Below are positions 52,002 through 63,477 of a stretch of DNA of 64,000 nucleotides, piece after piece. Numbering within the stretch: position 1 is the stretch's first letter; each line of letters opens with the position of its first letter. Source of the stretch: Desulfatiglandales bacterium (lineage in GTDB: Bacteria; Desulfobacterota; DSM-4660; Desulfatiglandales; HGW-15); NCBI GenBank assembly GCA_963667015.2, contig CAXXJJ010000004.1, forward strand, positions 448,001-512,000, in the 5' to 3' direction. The notes under the pieces were generated by a model. It was not told the origin of the DNA, ran no database searches, and worked only from the letters and a program-made list of their open reading frames with translations. The translations under genes were made by a program, and so were the position numbers.

Positions 52002-53228
52002 TTAATACTTAAACATGCCTTTTTCATAAATGATCTTTTTGCCGCCTGACTTTAAAAAGGCAGTAACTGTTTTATCCTCCGTATTAATCAGGTCCCAGTG
52101 CAGTGCAGAATCATTAAAACCCAGTTCTTTTTTCACCGATTTGGTAAGCTTTGCAGGATTGCCGTTAAATGTGTCAGAATAGGATGCCCCCACTGCAAGG
52201 TGGCAATTCCCGTATTTTCCGCCGAAATTCTCATCAAATAATGTATTTGCCATAAATTTATTTATCTTTGAGAATCTCTTGTCTGTTAATGAGAATTCAC
52301 CTACTCTCCGGGCTCCCCTGTCCATGGATATCTGTTTTGCTACAAACTCTTTGCCTTTTTTCGCGCTGCTCTTGATAACCTCGCCCTTTTTAAATTCGAG
52401 CCGAATACCTTCGACATAATTTCCATCCTTGTAGGAAGGCAGATTGGCATAATAAATACCCTCTGTGCCTCTCCAGTCCGGAGAGACAAAAAGTTCAAAA
52501 CTCGGAATATTATGGCCGGATATACCTATCCATTTTCTTCTGTCCCCCGGTGTTATTTTGAGATCCATATTATCTGATTCGACTTGAAAATATTCCACCT
52601 TCATCCCGTTTATCCATTTTTTTATTGTCATGGCATTATCAAAGGTTTCTTTCCATCCTTTAACAGGATCAGCCATGTCAAGGTAACAGGCCTTTACAAC
52701 CTGAGATGTATATTGGTTGAGAGAGATGCCTGCAGTATCTGCAGCACCCTGTGTAGGAATCATGCATAAGGTCCATCCAAAATCTCCCTTGTCCTCTCTG
52801 TCCCATAAGATATCCCTCAGGGGCTTTCTTGCCAGGGCAGCCTTACCGATTTTTCCCGGATCAATGTGCTTGAGGTGTGTAATGGATTCCGGGGCCAGAA
52901 GACTTATTAATCCATGAAGGTTTTCATTTAATTCTTTTTCTCCGGGGGGTTGAAAGGTCAGCTGAATGTTGTTTGCCTTCTCAAAAAAATTCTTTTCCAT
53001 CCTGGGAGTGCTTCCTAAACGAAGAATGGGATTCATTCCCATACCAAGAATTTTACCCTGTAGAATTTCAGCAAGCTTTAGTGCGGACAACTCAAATCTA
53101 ACCAGGATATTATCATTTTTTTTAAATTTTTTTCTCCGTGCTGTGGTTAATCCCCAGATGAGAACATCTGCATACCTGTCAAGTTTACTGTTTGATATCA
53201 TGTTATTTTTCCTCTCTATAGTTTTCAA
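52002..53228 (-). CDS. Aminopeptidase, M29 (AmpS/AmpT) family
   Basis: NIPSFELF, GEFSL, LFDEN, HLAVGASY and NDSALHWD motifs. Confidence 0.9.
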   Translation of the reverse strand: MKTIERKNNMISNSKLDRYADVLIWGLTTARRKKFKKNDNILVRFELSALKLAEILQGKILGMGMNPILRLGSTPRMEKNFFEKANNIQLTFQPPGEKELNENLHGLISLLAPESITHLKHIDPGKIGKAALARKPLRDILWDREDKGDFGWTLCMIPTQGAADTAGISLNQYTSQVVKACYLDMADPVKGWKETFDNAMTIKKWINGMKVEYFQVESDNMDLKITPGDRRKWIGISGHNIPSFELFVSPDWRGTEGIYYANLPSYKDGNYVEGIRLEFKKGEVIKSSAKKGKEFVAKQISMDRGARRVGEFSLTDKRFSKINKFMANTLFDENFGGKYGNCHLAVGASYSDTFNGNPAKLTKSVKKELGFNDSALHWDLINTEDKTVTAFLKSGGKKIIYEKGMFKY

Positions 53229-53426
53229 ACTATTGCTTTACCCTGTCTCCTGAGGTTAGTTGAGCAGAATCAAGAAGTCAATTCCTATAGTTCGTTCTGA
53301 ATTTAAAAATCATCTGCTGCATTTTGTATAAAAAGAATACTGTTGCATATGTTTTGGAATAAAGCGAAAATAATCCTATTATTTTAAATAAATATATCCT
53401 GAACCTGAACTAAAAAAGAGTAAGCA

Positions 53427-55910
53427 ATGAATAAAAAAACAGATCGGTACTTGTGTATTCATGGACATTTCTATCAACCTCCAAGGGAAAACCCGTGGAC
53501 AGATACCATATTTATTCAAAAATCCGCACATCCCTACCACGACTGGAATGAAAGGATAACAAGAGAATGCTATGGACCTAACACCCGAAGCAGGCTTCAC
53601 GGTGAAAAGGGGTATATAAAAAAGCTTGTAAATAATTTTGAGATGATAAGTTTTAATTTCGGGCCTACTCTCCTTAAATGGCTGGAAAGATATAATCCAT
53701 GGGTTTATGACCAGATTATTAATGCGGACAGGCTTAGTGCCGAAAGATTTGGAGGCCATGGCAATGCCATGGCCCAGGTATATAATCACCTGATAATGCC
53801 GCTTGCATCGGAAAGAGATAAGATTACCCAGGTAAAATGGGGTCTTGCAGACTTTCATCACAGGTTCGGCAGAAAAGCAGAAGGTATGTGGCTCGCAGAG
53901 ACCGCTGTAGACAGTAAAACCCTGGAGGTTCTGGCAAAGGAAGGTGTCAGCTTCACCATACTTTCACCATATCAGGCCCATCTGGTACGGCCCCTTAACG
54001 CTGGCGCAGATAATCAGGCATGGCAGGATGTCTCAAGTGGTAATGTGGACTGCACAAGGCCCTACAGGTGTTATCCGACAGACGATAAAAACCTTTATAT
54101 CGATCTGTTTTTCTATAACGGTCCTTTATCAAAGGCAATAGCATACGAAAAGATACTTGCCTCCGGGGAGGTATTTCTAAAAAAGATCATAGATGCATAT
54201 CCTGTTGAGCGTGACAACCCCGCGCTTGTAAGTATGGCGACAGACGGTGAATCCTATGGACACCATTTTAAATTCGGAGAGATGGCACTTACCTGGGTGC
54301 TGGAAATGGTTATTGACGGCAAGGATATAACACTGACAAATTATGGTGAATTTCTTGAGAATTTCCCGCCGGAATATGAGGTTAAAATTATTGAAAACAG
54401 TGCATGGAGCTGCGCCCATGGGATTGAAAGGTGGCGTTCGGACTGCGGATGCAGTGTGAGTCAAAATCCTGGATGGACCCAAGCCTGGAGAGCTCCTCTA
54501 AGGAATGGCCTTAACTGGCTGAATGACCATTTATCATCAATCTTTGAAGATAAAACAAAAGACATGCTGACAGACTGCTGGCAAACAAGAGATGATTACA
54601 TATCCATAATTTTAAAACCGGATGATCAGGAAAAGCAATCCTTTTTACTGGAACATGCCTCAAAACCCCTTAATGATGAGGAAAGCAGGCTTGTTTATCA
54701 GCTTCTTGAATCTCAGCAGATGGCCCTATACATGTTTACAAGCTGCGGCTGGTTTTTTGATGATATAGCAGGGTTAGAGGCTATTCAGATTCTGACGTAT
54801 GCAAAAAAGGCAATAGAGTTGTGTAGAGATTTTTCAGGGGATGATCTTGAAGAAGGTTTAAAAGGTTTTCTATCCGAAGCTGTCTGTAATGACCCGAAAT
54901 ATAATAACGGCCTGGATGTATATATTAAAGAAGTGGTGCCACTGGAGCTGGATAATAAAACCCTTCTTGCTAACTATGCAATGGTCTGTGCGATAGACAG
55001 CAATCAGGTTCCAGAGTGGCTCAAAACAGTCTTAACGCCTGGGAAAGAGGAAAAGATAGAAAACGGCGATCCAATTCTTTATCTGTATGAAACAACTTCA
55101 CAGGGCTTTAGCCGGAACAATAAATCGGAATTGTTTTCCCTTTGTTTAAAGACGGATCACAACGAAATTATATGTATCATTGGTGAACGAAACGAAGACG
55201 CAAAACAAATGATGCTGAAAGAGCTTGACAGAATGCTTCCCTTGAAGGGAGAAACAGGTTCAATAGTAAAATTATTTCAACGATTCGTGAATAACAGCAG
55301 GGTCTTCACCATAAGGGATTTAATACCTGACATAAAGAGGCTTATTGTCAGGATGCTTTCGGATCAATTGGAAAGCCGGCTGTATAATATCTTTATTGAT
55401 GATATAAAGCCGATTCAAAATTATCTAAAGACAATTTCTGATTCAGGAGAAGATGTCTCATCCCAATTTAACGATCTGTTCAAATCCGTTTTTTTGAATC
55501 AGCTTGGAAAATTATTAAAGAACTCTGAAAACATACCGATTGATTTTACTGTGGTTGAAAATTTTTTCGAGCTCTTTAACCGGGATAATGAAGAGATAAT
55601 AGAAAACGATAATGATGTCTTTATCCTCGATAACCTGGTAAATCAGCAGAAAACCCCGGTAATGATTGAGGATTATCTTTCCAGTCAGCTTGAAAAACTT
55701 AAATATAACAATATAAATCTATACTTAAATAATATTATAAATACATTTGAATTTATTAATAAATATAAAATTAAACTTGATTGGTGGAAGTGTCAGAACA
55801 CATTTAATGATTTAAGAACTGACAATAATTTTATCAACGGACTTGAAAATACATCATTAAGTTTATTCCGACAGATCGAGCATCTGCTGGGTTTCACCGG
55901 AGGCATATAA
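53427..55910 (+). CDS. GH57-related DUF3536 domain protein
   Basis: HGHFYQPPRENPW, GMWLAETAVD, ATDGESYGHH and MFTSCGWFFDDI motifs. Confidence 0.88.
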   Translation: MNKKTDRYLCIHGHFYQPPRENPWTDTIFIQKSAHPYHDWNERITRECYGPNTRSRLHGEKGYIKKLVNNFEMISFNFGPTLLKWLERYNPWVYDQIINADRLSAERFGGHGNAMAQVYNHLIMPLASERDKITQVKWGLADFHHRFGRKAEGMWLAETAVDSKTLEVLAKEGVSFTILSPYQAHLVRPLNAGADNQAWQDVSSGNVDCTRPYRCYPTDDKNLYIDLFFYNGPLSKAIAYEKILASGEVFLKKIIDAYPVERDNPALVSMATDGESYGHHFKFGEMALTWVLEMVIDGKDITLTNYGEFLENFPPEYEVKIIENSAWSCAHGIERWRSDCGCSVSQNPGWTQAWRAPLRNGLNWLNDHLSSIFEDKTKDMLTDCWQTRDDYISIILKPDDQEKQSFLLEHASKPLNDEESRLVYQLLESQQMALYMFTSCGWFFDDIAGLEAIQILTYAKKAIELCRDFSGDDLEEGLKGFLSEAVCNDPKYNNGLDVYIKEVVPLELDNKTLLANYAMVCAIDSNQVPEWLKTVLTPGKEEKIENGDPILYLYETTSQGFSRNNKSELFSLCLKTDHNEIICIIGERNEDAKQMMLKELDRMLPLKGETGSIVKLFQRFVNNSRVFTIRDLIPDIKRLIVRMLSDQLESRLYNIFIDDIKPIQNYLKTISDSGEDVSSQFNDLFKSVFLNQLGKLLKNSENIPIDFTVVENFFELFNRDNEEIIENDNDVFILDNLVNQQKTPVMIEDYLSSQLEKLKYNNINLYLNNIINTFEFINKYKIKLDWWKCQNTFNDLRTDNNFINGLENTSLSLFRQIEHLLGFTGGI

Positions 55911-55911
55911 T

Positions 55912-57981
55912 ATGTTGAACCTTGTAATGGCGCTTCACTGCCACCAGCCGGTTGGCAATTTTGATCATGTCTTCAGCATGGCAATGGAAAAATGTTATCA
56001 GCCCCTTCTGGATATTCTATACAAACATCCTGCAATAAAAACAGGGGTTCATTTTTCAGGACCGTTACTTGAATGGATAGAAAAGAACAGGAACGATTAC
56101 CTTTCCCTGATAGCTGAAATGGTTCAAAGGGGACAGCTTGAAATGCTGTCAGGCGGCTTTTTTGAACCACTGCTGGCAGAGATTCCTGCACGTGATGCCA
56201 TCGGACAGGTCATCATGATGAACGAATATCTTAATGAGAAATTCGGCCGGAAACCAAAGGGCTTCTGGCTTACCGAAAGGGTATGGGACTCTACCCTGCC
56301 GCTTGTCCTCAAGGATTCCGGTCTTTCATATACTATAGTTGATGATACCCACATGTATTATTCAGGCCTGAAACCTGATCAGATATACGGAAGCTACCTG
56401 ACAGAAAAAGAAGGCCACATGCTTAAAATCCTGGCTACGCCTATGGTAATGCGTTACCTGATCCCCTTCAGGCTGGTTGAGGATGTCATTGGCCATTTGC
56501 GGCATGAAGAAAGCCTTGGAAGAAATGTTGCGATTTACGGGGATGATGGAGAAAAATTCGGATTATGGCCCGGCACGAATGAATGGGTAATCCAGAAGGG
56601 ATGGCTTGAACATTTTTTTAAGTCCGTGGAAGACAACGGGGACTGGCTTAAAACAACCCTGCCGAGTGATTATATTGCTTCCAATCCTCCCCTGGGCAGA
56701 ATTTACCTGCCTCAGGCCTCATATGAGGAAATGACTGAATGGGCTCTTCCTGCAGGGCAGTCACATGCACTGGAAAACATCATAAAACGTTTAAAAAATG
56801 ATAATCTCTGGGATGAATGGAGACCATTTGTACGCGGCGGTATATGGGATAATTTTCTGGTCAAATATTTTGAAACAAACAGGATACATAAAAAAATGCT
56901 TTTCCTCAGTGAAAAGGCAGTAAATGACAAAGAGGCACAAATCAATATATGGAGGGCACAGTGTAACTGTGCTTACTGGCATGGCGTTTTCGGCGGCCTT
57001 TATCTCGGGCATTTGAGGCGGGCTCTGCATGAAAACCTTATTGAGGCCCATAAAATCCTGTTGGCAGATTATGAGAAAAAGACAGGCTACATCCTGACCG
57101 ATATAGATAAAGACGGTCATGATGAAATTATCATACATAACTCATCCATGAGCATAGGCATATCCCCTGCCATGGGCGGAGGGATCTTTGATATTTCCTT
57201 TTTTCCGTGTTCATACAATCTGTCAGATACTCTTACCAGGAGGAAAGAAGCCTACCACTACGATATCAATGTAAATAACACCAATGGCGATTCATCAGAA
57301 AACGGGATTGCTTCAATACACGATATCCATAATAAAATCGACAACATCGAAGAACTGCTTGTTTATGATCATTATCCAAGGATATCTCTTCTGGACCATT
57401 ACATGACAGGCGATATATCCCTTGAAAACTATGCAAAAGCTCAGTATCCACCCGAAGCAGACCTTGCTCAAAAAATATACAATCTTAAAAACCTGAATTC
57501 CAATGATGGAATGGTAACAGCTGAACTGGAACTGGCCGATATTACCCCTCTCTTATCAAAAACAATCAGTATCTCTGAAGAAGCCTTTACAACCATCAGG
57601 TACAACTTTTCAAACAATGGCATGGATTTCATCTCAAACATCTTTGGCTGCGAATTTAACCTGACCCTCTATTCCGATCAGGATACTGAAAAATACTACT
57701 TTTTGAGGGAGACCGAAAAGAGAAGGGAAATATCTGAAACAGGTGAGGAAGAAAACATTAAGAAATTTGAACTGGTCAATAAAAGGGACGGATTAAAGGC
57801 GGGATTCGATTTTTCATTACCAGTAACAGTATGGTTTTACCCGATAATGACTGTTTCAAAATCAGAGGAGGGATTTGAACATACATATCAGGGATCAAGC
57901 CTGCTTTTCAGGATGCCTCTTGATTTACCTCCAGGGGGGAAAAAAGAATTCGAGATCAGGTTAAGTATTACTGAAGTCTAA
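55912..57981 (+). CDS. GH57 4-alpha-glucanotransferase / alpha-amylase
   Basis: HCHQPVGN, GFWLTERVW, DDGEKFG, SYEEM and NCAYWHGVFGGLY motifs. Confidence 0.92.
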   Translation: MLNLVMALHCHQPVGNFDHVFSMAMEKCYQPLLDILYKHPAIKTGVHFSGPLLEWIEKNRNDYLSLIAEMVQRGQLEMLSGGFFEPLLAEIPARDAIGQVIMMNEYLNEKFGRKPKGFWLTERVWDSTLPLVLKDSGLSYTIVDDTHMYYSGLKPDQIYGSYLTEKEGHMLKILATPMVMRYLIPFRLVEDVIGHLRHEESLGRNVAIYGDDGEKFGLWPGTNEWVIQKGWLEHFFKSVEDNGDWLKTTLPSDYIASNPPLGRIYLPQASYEEMTEWALPAGQSHALENIIKRLKNDNLWDEWRPFVRGGIWDNFLVKYFETNRIHKKMLFLSEKAVNDKEAQINIWRAQCNCAYWHGVFGGLYLGHLRRALHENLIEAHKILLADYEKKTGYILTDIDKDGHDEIIIHNSSMSIGISPAMGGGIFDISFFPCSYNLSDTLTRRKEAYHYDINVNNTNGDSSENGIASIHDIHNKIDNIEELLVYDHYPRISLLDHYMTGDISLENYAKAQYPPEADLAQKIYNLKNLNSNDGMVTAELELADITPLLSKTISISEEAFTTIRYNFSNNGMDFISNIFGCEFNLTLYSDQDTEKYYFLRETEKRREISETGEEENIKKFELVNKRDGLKAGFDFSLPVTVWFYPIMTVSKSEEGFEHTYQGSSLLFRMPLDLPPGGKKEFEIRLSITEV

Positions 57982-58306
57982 CGATATCTGTCAATTTCGA
58001 CTTCCTTTAAAAATAGTGGGAGTCGGAATGACATAATAATAAAGTCTGACAAGTACAGCAGTCGTGGATCCATTTTTTATTCTTTAGATATTCTTTCCTT
58101 TTAAAAACCTGCCCTCTCTCATGCTGATTTTTTATTATCCTTTCCCGGAATGTTCTTTGTTTTTATTAAATCTGTAAAGAAGATTAAGCCATATACATAT
58201 CTGCCAAACCTGTTTAAAATATTTATTTTCATTTTATTTTTAATATGTTATCAACTCCATCTTTTTAACATGTAAAAATTATAACCTTCCAGGCAATTCA
58301 TAAAAA

Positions 58307-59644
58307 ATGAAATCCTATAAGGAACATTTAAAAGAAACCATCAAACTGGCGATCCCTGTTGTTATCGGTCAGCTCGGGCACATCATGCTTGGCCTCACAG
58401 ACAGCATCATGGTAGGTCAGGTGGGCGCAGTCCCGCTGGCTGCATCCTCACTGGTCAACAGCGTTGTTTATCTGATACTGGTATTCGGTTTTGGAATGAC
58501 GCTGGCTATTACACCCCTGGTTTCCATTGCCAGAGGCAGAGGACAGAAAGATCAGTGCGGAGTGATCCTGCGGCAGTCGCTTTTACTTAATATATTGGTG
58601 ACTATTCTCCTTTTCATCGGCCTGCTCATAATGGGAGGCATGATTAAATATCTAAACCAGGAAGAAGCGGTTGCAGTTCAGGCTGCATCCTATGCAGGGA
58701 TTATCGCGTTCTCAATAATTCCCTTTATGATTTTTCAGGTTTATCGCCAGTTTATTGAAGGACTGGCCTTTACCAAACCGGCAATGTATGTAACCCTGGC
58801 TGCTAATCTGGTGAATGTGTTCGGCAACTGGGTATTTATATACGGCAACCTGGGTATGCCGGCCTATGGACTGGATGGCGCCGGATATTCCACCTTCATT
58901 ACGCGCAGCTTTATGGCGGCAATCATGATGATATATGTTTCAAAGGCAAAACGTTTTCAGGAATATGATCCGTCATTCAGGTTTCGCAATATCAACTGGC
59001 CGGTTATAAAACAGCTTGCCCGTGTTGGCCTGCCAACCGGTTTTCAGAATTTTTTCGAAATAGGAGCCTTTTCATTTTCTGCTATCATGATCGGCTGGTT
59101 TGGAAGTGCACAACTGGCTGCACATCAGATTGCCATAAGTATGGCTTCAGTTTCCTTTATGATTATATTAGGAATCTCCTCGGCAGGAACAATCCGTGTC
59201 GGACATGCCTATGGCAGAAAAGATATTGACGATGTACGCCGGTCCGGGTTTTTAACTGCAGTTTTCACCTCATCAATAATGGCCTGTTTTGGTGTTCTGT
59301 TCATTATTTTCAGGAACCAGCTTCCGCTTATTTTTTCGGAAGATCCTGCAGTGATTCAGATTGCGGCCTCACTTATTATCGTAGCGGCTCTTTTCCAGAT
59401 TTCCGACGGGGCTCAGGCAGCAGGCCTCGGAGCTTTACGCGGTATTACCGATGTACGCGTGCCCATGATTATTACATTTATTGCATACTGGGTAATTGCC
59501 TTACCCATAGGTTGTTTTCTTGGATTTATATTAAAAATGGAGGTTGTCGGAATCTGGATAGGTCTCTCAGCCGGACTCAGCGCCGCTGCTGTAATGTTAA
59601 ACCTGCGGTTCGGGATTAAAACCAAACGTATAAAATTTGAATAA
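58307..59644 (+). CDS. MATE family efflux transporter (NorM-like)
   Basis: LAIPVVIGQ...DSIMVG, LAAHQI and FQISDGAQ...GALRG motifs. Confidence 0.93.
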   Translation: MKSYKEHLKETIKLAIPVVIGQLGHIMLGLTDSIMVGQVGAVPLAASSLVNSVVYLILVFGFGMTLAITPLVSIARGRGQKDQCGVILRQSLLLNILVTILLFIGLLIMGGMIKYLNQEEAVAVQAASYAGIIAFSIIPFMIFQVYRQFIEGLAFTKPAMYVTLAANLVNVFGNWVFIYGNLGMPAYGLDGAGYSTFITRSFMAAIMMIYVSKAKRFQEYDPSFRFRNINWPVIKQLARVGLPTGFQNFFEIGAFSFSAIMIGWFGSAQLAAHQIAISMASVSFMIILGISSAGTIRVGHAYGRKDIDDVRRSGFLTAVFTSSIMACFGVLFIIFRNQLPLIFSEDPAVIQIAASLIIVAALFQISDGAQAAGLGALRGITDVRVPMIITFIAYWVIALPIGCFLGFILKMEVVGIWIGLSAGLSAAAVMLNLRFGIKTKRIKFE

Positions 59645-59657
59645 TATGATGAGATGT

Positions 59658-59692
59658 TTTCCATCCGGAAAGAGATAAATTCCGGATGGAAA
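59658..59692. terminator. Hairpin between convergent genes (likely terminator)
   Basis: Perfect 13-bp arms TTTCCATCCGGAA / TTCCGGATGGAAA with a 9-nt loop. Confidence 0.7.
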
Positions 59693-59727
59693 CCATATAA
59701 TGTGTATTCAGGGACAATCCTTTAATC

Positions 59728-60795
59728 TCATTTAACGCTTTCATAGAAGGTGAGTGAGACGCCTCCGGCCCCCATCCCTGGAGGAGAGCTCAGGTACAGG
59801 CCCTTGTTCAGATAGGCGTATTTGCTGTCTACCTGAACCTCAAAGGTCGGGACCAGCCGTCCGAAACCACCGGCATTACGGATGATGATCACCTCACCAT
59901 CGTTGGTCTGCCACAGATAGCGGGCATCGATTGTCGCAGGATTGGACAGGTTCTGGTAGTCGGCTCCAGCGGCCAGCACTTTTCCCTCTAGCTTCCCGGT
60001 GACCGTCCCTCCGGTGATCGGAATGATGTTCCGGTTGCTCTTGCCTGTGTCTCCCACCGACTGGCCACGTCCCAGGGTTACATTCTCTTCGATCAACAGA
60101 TCTCCCTGTTTTTCCTCTGCCGATGCCTTGCGGTAGTCCCATGACTGATCCTGAAATCCTGACGGTTTTGTTACCTGGACCGAGTTCGATGCATCCGGCT
60201 TCACGGCCACGCCAGAAACGTCAAATACGCTAATCTTCAAGGTCCCGGCATCGAGGTCCACTTCTCTTCTGCCGGCATACTTCCCTGTATTGAGCCAGTT
60301 GTACTCTCCGGCGCTAGGCGCCTCAAATTCCGGCACTATTCTTACGTCGCTGCTATCTGCGGCCGTGCCGGCGATCCTCAGGTAGATGTACTTCCCATCA
60401 TCGGCCTGAAGCACGAATATCTCTTCAACCTCCATACTGCCGTTTGGAAAACTCAACTGAAAGTCCAGACCGCCAAACATCACTGAACCTTTTATCTTGT
60501 CACCATTTATCGTTCCCTCTTTAACAACATAGACCCCCCTCTGTCCATACTGAGTCATGCCCAACTCGTAGGTCTGGTCTAGTTTCATATCAGCCACCAG
60601 CACCGGCACACCCTGTTCAGGTACCGGTATACCTTCTGCCATCCCGCATTGCCACGACCTGTGTGGAATTAACATCTTGTCCGCCCCCGTATACTTTCCT
60701 TCGCCCTGCGGCATCTGGCATGCCTGACATAGAATAAAAAGGCCGATGACTACCAGAATTGCAAGATACGACAATTTAAAGCTTTTGTGTTTCAT
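59728..60795 (-). CDS. Tandem DUF3237-like beta-barrel protein, secreted
   Basis: Two similar halves; RNIIPITGGTVTG...GADYQ...DARYLWQTNDGEVI; signal peptide. Confidence 0.7.
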   Translation of the reverse strand: MKHKSFKLSYLAILVVIGLFILCQACQMPQGEGKYTGADKMLIPHRSWQCGMAEGIPVPEQGVPVLVADMKLDQTYELGMTQYGQRGVYVVKEGTINGDKIKGSVMFGGLDFQLSFPNGSMEVEEIFVLQADDGKYIYLRIAGTAADSSDVRIVPEFEAPSAGEYNWLNTGKYAGRREVDLDAGTLKISVFDVSGVAVKPDASNSVQVTKPSGFQDQSWDYRKASAEEKQGDLLIEENVTLGRGQSVGDTGKSNRNIIPITGGTVTGKLEGKVLAAGADYQNLSNPATIDARYLWQTNDGEVIIIRNAGGFGRLVPTFEVQVDSKYAYLNKGLYLSSPPGMGAGGVSLTFYESVK

Positions 60796-60854
60796 ATCAT
60801 TTCCTCGGATTTGTTTTTAATGTTGTTGCGTTGATAAAACTTCCATTTTTCTGT

Positions 60855-61856
60855 TTACTTTTCACCTGCCGAAGCCTGTACGCCGCTCAGTGGATAATTA
60901 ACAACCATTTTCCAGGCCAGTTCCTGCAGGGTACGATTGAACTTTTCCTCGCGATACTCCGGCTTGCTTGAATTTTTCAGTATGCCGGGAACAGGCAAAC
61001 CAACCGGACTGACACCGTACATGACCGCAAAGTGCAGATAAGCGTTAAGGGCAATTACCGGGTCGGTTGGATGCCCTATAAAATCTCTGAATACTTCTCC
61101 CTGGTCGGTCATACCGGGAATCTCCTTATTATAAATCATTAACCTTAAAGCATTGTGAGCCTGGGCAGTGGGAATAAGATAGACAACTGTCCTGCCCGCT
61201 TCTCTGTTCAGTTTCATGGCCAGTTCTTCGGCTGACTTGTCGTTCTTGATATTGATTTTGGCAATTTCTTCGGGGGTTTTGTTGTAGTCCCGGTTGCCGC
61301 CGAACATACCTCCTCCAAAGCCTCCAGGACCTCCCGGAGCGGGCGGCTTTTTTGCAGGTGATCCGGTCGGAGGCGCTCCGGGAGCTCCGGTTTTGGGTCT
61401 GCCGCCGAACATGCCTCCCATCATGCTTTCCATGTCATTGTTATCCACAAGCCCCATTCCTGGCCAGGATATCTGGATATAGAACTTTGCATTCGGATTA
61501 TGCTCCAGTCCCAGTTTAACGAAGTTGTCGATCCCGGGGTCCGGCATTCCGATAGGAGACATTACAAAAGCGTCTACATTGCCTTCCTTGAGGGCCTTTT
61601 TGGCCTGATTCTGATCGTCCGGCAGGTCCCAGTGCTGTGATGTTCGTGAAACGCCAAGGCGCTGTATGCCCAGAACTTTATGACCTTTGATGCCGTAAGA
61701 TTCAGCAACCTCGGTCAGTACGGGGGGCATATCCCACATAAGACTGTGGGAGGCATAGAAGGTGCTCTTTCCATCAGGAGCATTTCCTGACTTAGCTAAA
61801 CATGTTCCGCAGGATAAAATAATGGCTAATAGGGTAAGTAATAATATTTTTTTCAA
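60855..61856 (-). CDS. Secreted hypothetical protein, possible SGNH-like esterase, with a Gly/Pro-rich insert
   Basis: Signal peptide; SHSL near the N-terminus; DFIGHP near the C-terminus. Confidence 0.5.
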   Translation of the reverse strand: MKKILLLTLLAIILSCGTCLAKSGNAPDGKSTFYASHSLMWDMPPVLTEVAESYGIKGHKVLGIQRLGVSRTSQHWDLPDDQNQAKKALKEGNVDAFVMSPIGMPDPGIDNFVKLGLEHNPNAKFYIQISWPGMGLVDNNDMESMMGGMFGGRPKTGAPGAPPTGSPAKKPPAPGGPGGFGGGMFGGNRDYNKTPEEIAKINIKNDKSAEELAMKLNREAGRTVVYLIPTAQAHNALRLMIYNKEIPGMTDQGEVFRDFIGHPTDPVIALNAYLHFAVMYGVSPVGLPVPGILKNSSKPEYREEKFNRTLQELAWKMVVNYPLSGVQASAGEK

Positions 61857-61926
61857 TTTGTAACCTCCTGAACTGTTAGAGTTTTAATATCTACCTGTAT
61901 CTTTGACTCCTGCTTACCCGGCATAA

Positions 61927-63393
61927 TTATTTAACGGGTACGGAAGGAAAAAAAGGGGAACGGATATATTTACCGATCCATTCTAAAAATATCGGGATAT
62001 TCGGACCCGAAGTATGACCGCCCTCGTGCTGGCGAAAGGCCAGATCGCCTCCAACCAGAGTCCCTACAGGCGGCAGGGGTGCGTGAACCCAGTCCGCGAT
62101 ATCGTAGCCGTACCCCTGCTTTCCAAGTACCCTGTAAACCTTCGAGGCCAGAATTCCTGCGCGGTAGCTGCCCGGTGCATCCACCCATTTGGGATCACCA
62201 GGCTCTATGCCGTAGCTGATGAAGCATGGACGCGGAGCGCACAGGGCGATGAGTTCATGGGAATCGACCGGAAGGTCGGAAGCGTCCATGGACCTGCCAT
62301 TTATATCCGAGGCCCCGTATTTGAGGAAGTTGCCGCACATCCAGTGGTACTCGCCGGTTCCTGTGAGATTTTCAACGGCTTCGCCGAAATCGTGCCTGTG
62401 GAGTTTTGCACCTCCCTCACCGGAGGAGGCTACCAGGGCGACGGCAACGCGCTGGTCAAATGCCTGGGTTACCAGAGCGGCCTTACCGTAACGGGATACA
62501 CCTTCGATAGACACTTTTTCAGGATCGACTTTCATATCAGGATTGGCTTCAAAAAAATCGATCAGTTTGCTGACGCCCCAGCCCCATGCGCGCAGGGCTC
62601 CCCAGTCTTCGGGTTTGCGGGGTTTTCCTTTATTGGTAAGGCCTATGATTCCCTGTCGCAGGGCATTGCCTCCCCTATCAGCCTGAACGCTTGTGGGAAC
62701 GATGGTACCCTGTGCCCAGCCATGGCTCAGGGCCTGCTTGAGAACATCCCCGCCCATGCCGGCGAACATACCGCCTCCAAAACCGAACTGCAGAAAAAGT
62801 GGTACCGGACCAGGTGTATTAGCCGGTACAGTGAAGCTGGCCTGGATATCAACGGTAATATCGGGAAAGCCGCTGTTGTCCACATGACCGACCAGTGTCC
62901 TTTTTATTGTAGGAATCCCTTCAGTTTCGCCTTTGGTGGTTTCGGTAATCTCCCAGGTTACTTCAGGCACATTGACCGGGATGCGGCCGTATACCTCACG
63001 CTCGAAATCTTCGAGGATTTCTGCCCGCCGCCTGCTCCACTGCTGCGGAGTAGTGACCTTTGTTCCATCTTTCATGACAAGAGCATCGGGCAGCGTCGGC
63101 ATCCATTCGTTGGCAGTAGCTTCTTCGAAACCCGGTCCGCTCTGATTGCTTCCGCTTTTGCCGGGCCGCAATGACTTGATGCCCAGCTGGTCCATCATAT
63201 TCTTATGGTCATCATACCTGTCTTTGATCCATGGGGCCGGCTCTTCCTGAAATCCGCCAAAGCCTGCAAACCCTCCGCGTCCCTGGCCAGGCGGTGCTTT
63301 TGGATTGGGTTTGGGTTTGTTTTGTGCAGTACATACCGCTACAGCGCCAAGTATCATGCAGACAATAAGTGTCAACACCAGATTCTTTTTCAT
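61927..63393 (-). CDS. CE15 glucuronoyl esterase-like protein, secreted
   Basis: WGALRAWGWG; GVSRYGK nucleophile motif (GxSRxGK); GEAVENL; DSHELIAL.APRP; GGH. Confidence 0.85.
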   Translation of the reverse strand: MKKNLVLTLIVCMILGAVAVCTAQNKPKPNPKAPPGQGRGGFAGFGGFQEEPAPWIKDRYDDHKNMMDQLGIKSLRPGKSGSNQSGPGFEEATANEWMPTLPDALVMKDGTKVTTPQQWSRRRAEILEDFEREVYGRIPVNVPEVTWEITETTKGETEGIPTIKRTLVGHVDNSGFPDITVDIQASFTVPANTPGPVPLFLQFGFGGGMFAGMGGDVLKQALSHGWAQGTIVPTSVQADRGGNALRQGIIGLTNKGKPRKPEDWGALRAWGWGVSKLIDFFEANPDMKVDPEKVSIEGVSRYGKAALVTQAFDQRVAVALVASSGEGGAKLHRHDFGEAVENLTGTGEYHWMCGNFLKYGASDINGRSMDASDLPVDSHELIALCAPRPCFISYGIEPGDPKWVDAPGSYRAGILASKVYRVLGKQGYGYDIADWVHAPLPPVGTLVGGDLAFRQHEGGHTSGPNIPIFLEWIGKYIRSPFFPSVPVK

Positions 63394-63477
63394 ATGGCAT
63401 CTCTCTCTTTAAAATTTTGTAAGTGTTGATTCAATGATTCAGTCAAGTTGATAAGAATATGTTTTTTTTCGGAGTGA

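Noticed and set aside
62014..63174. 386-aa plus-strand ORF
   Set aside because: Antisense shadow of the CE15 gene in GC-rich DNA; no recognisable motifs
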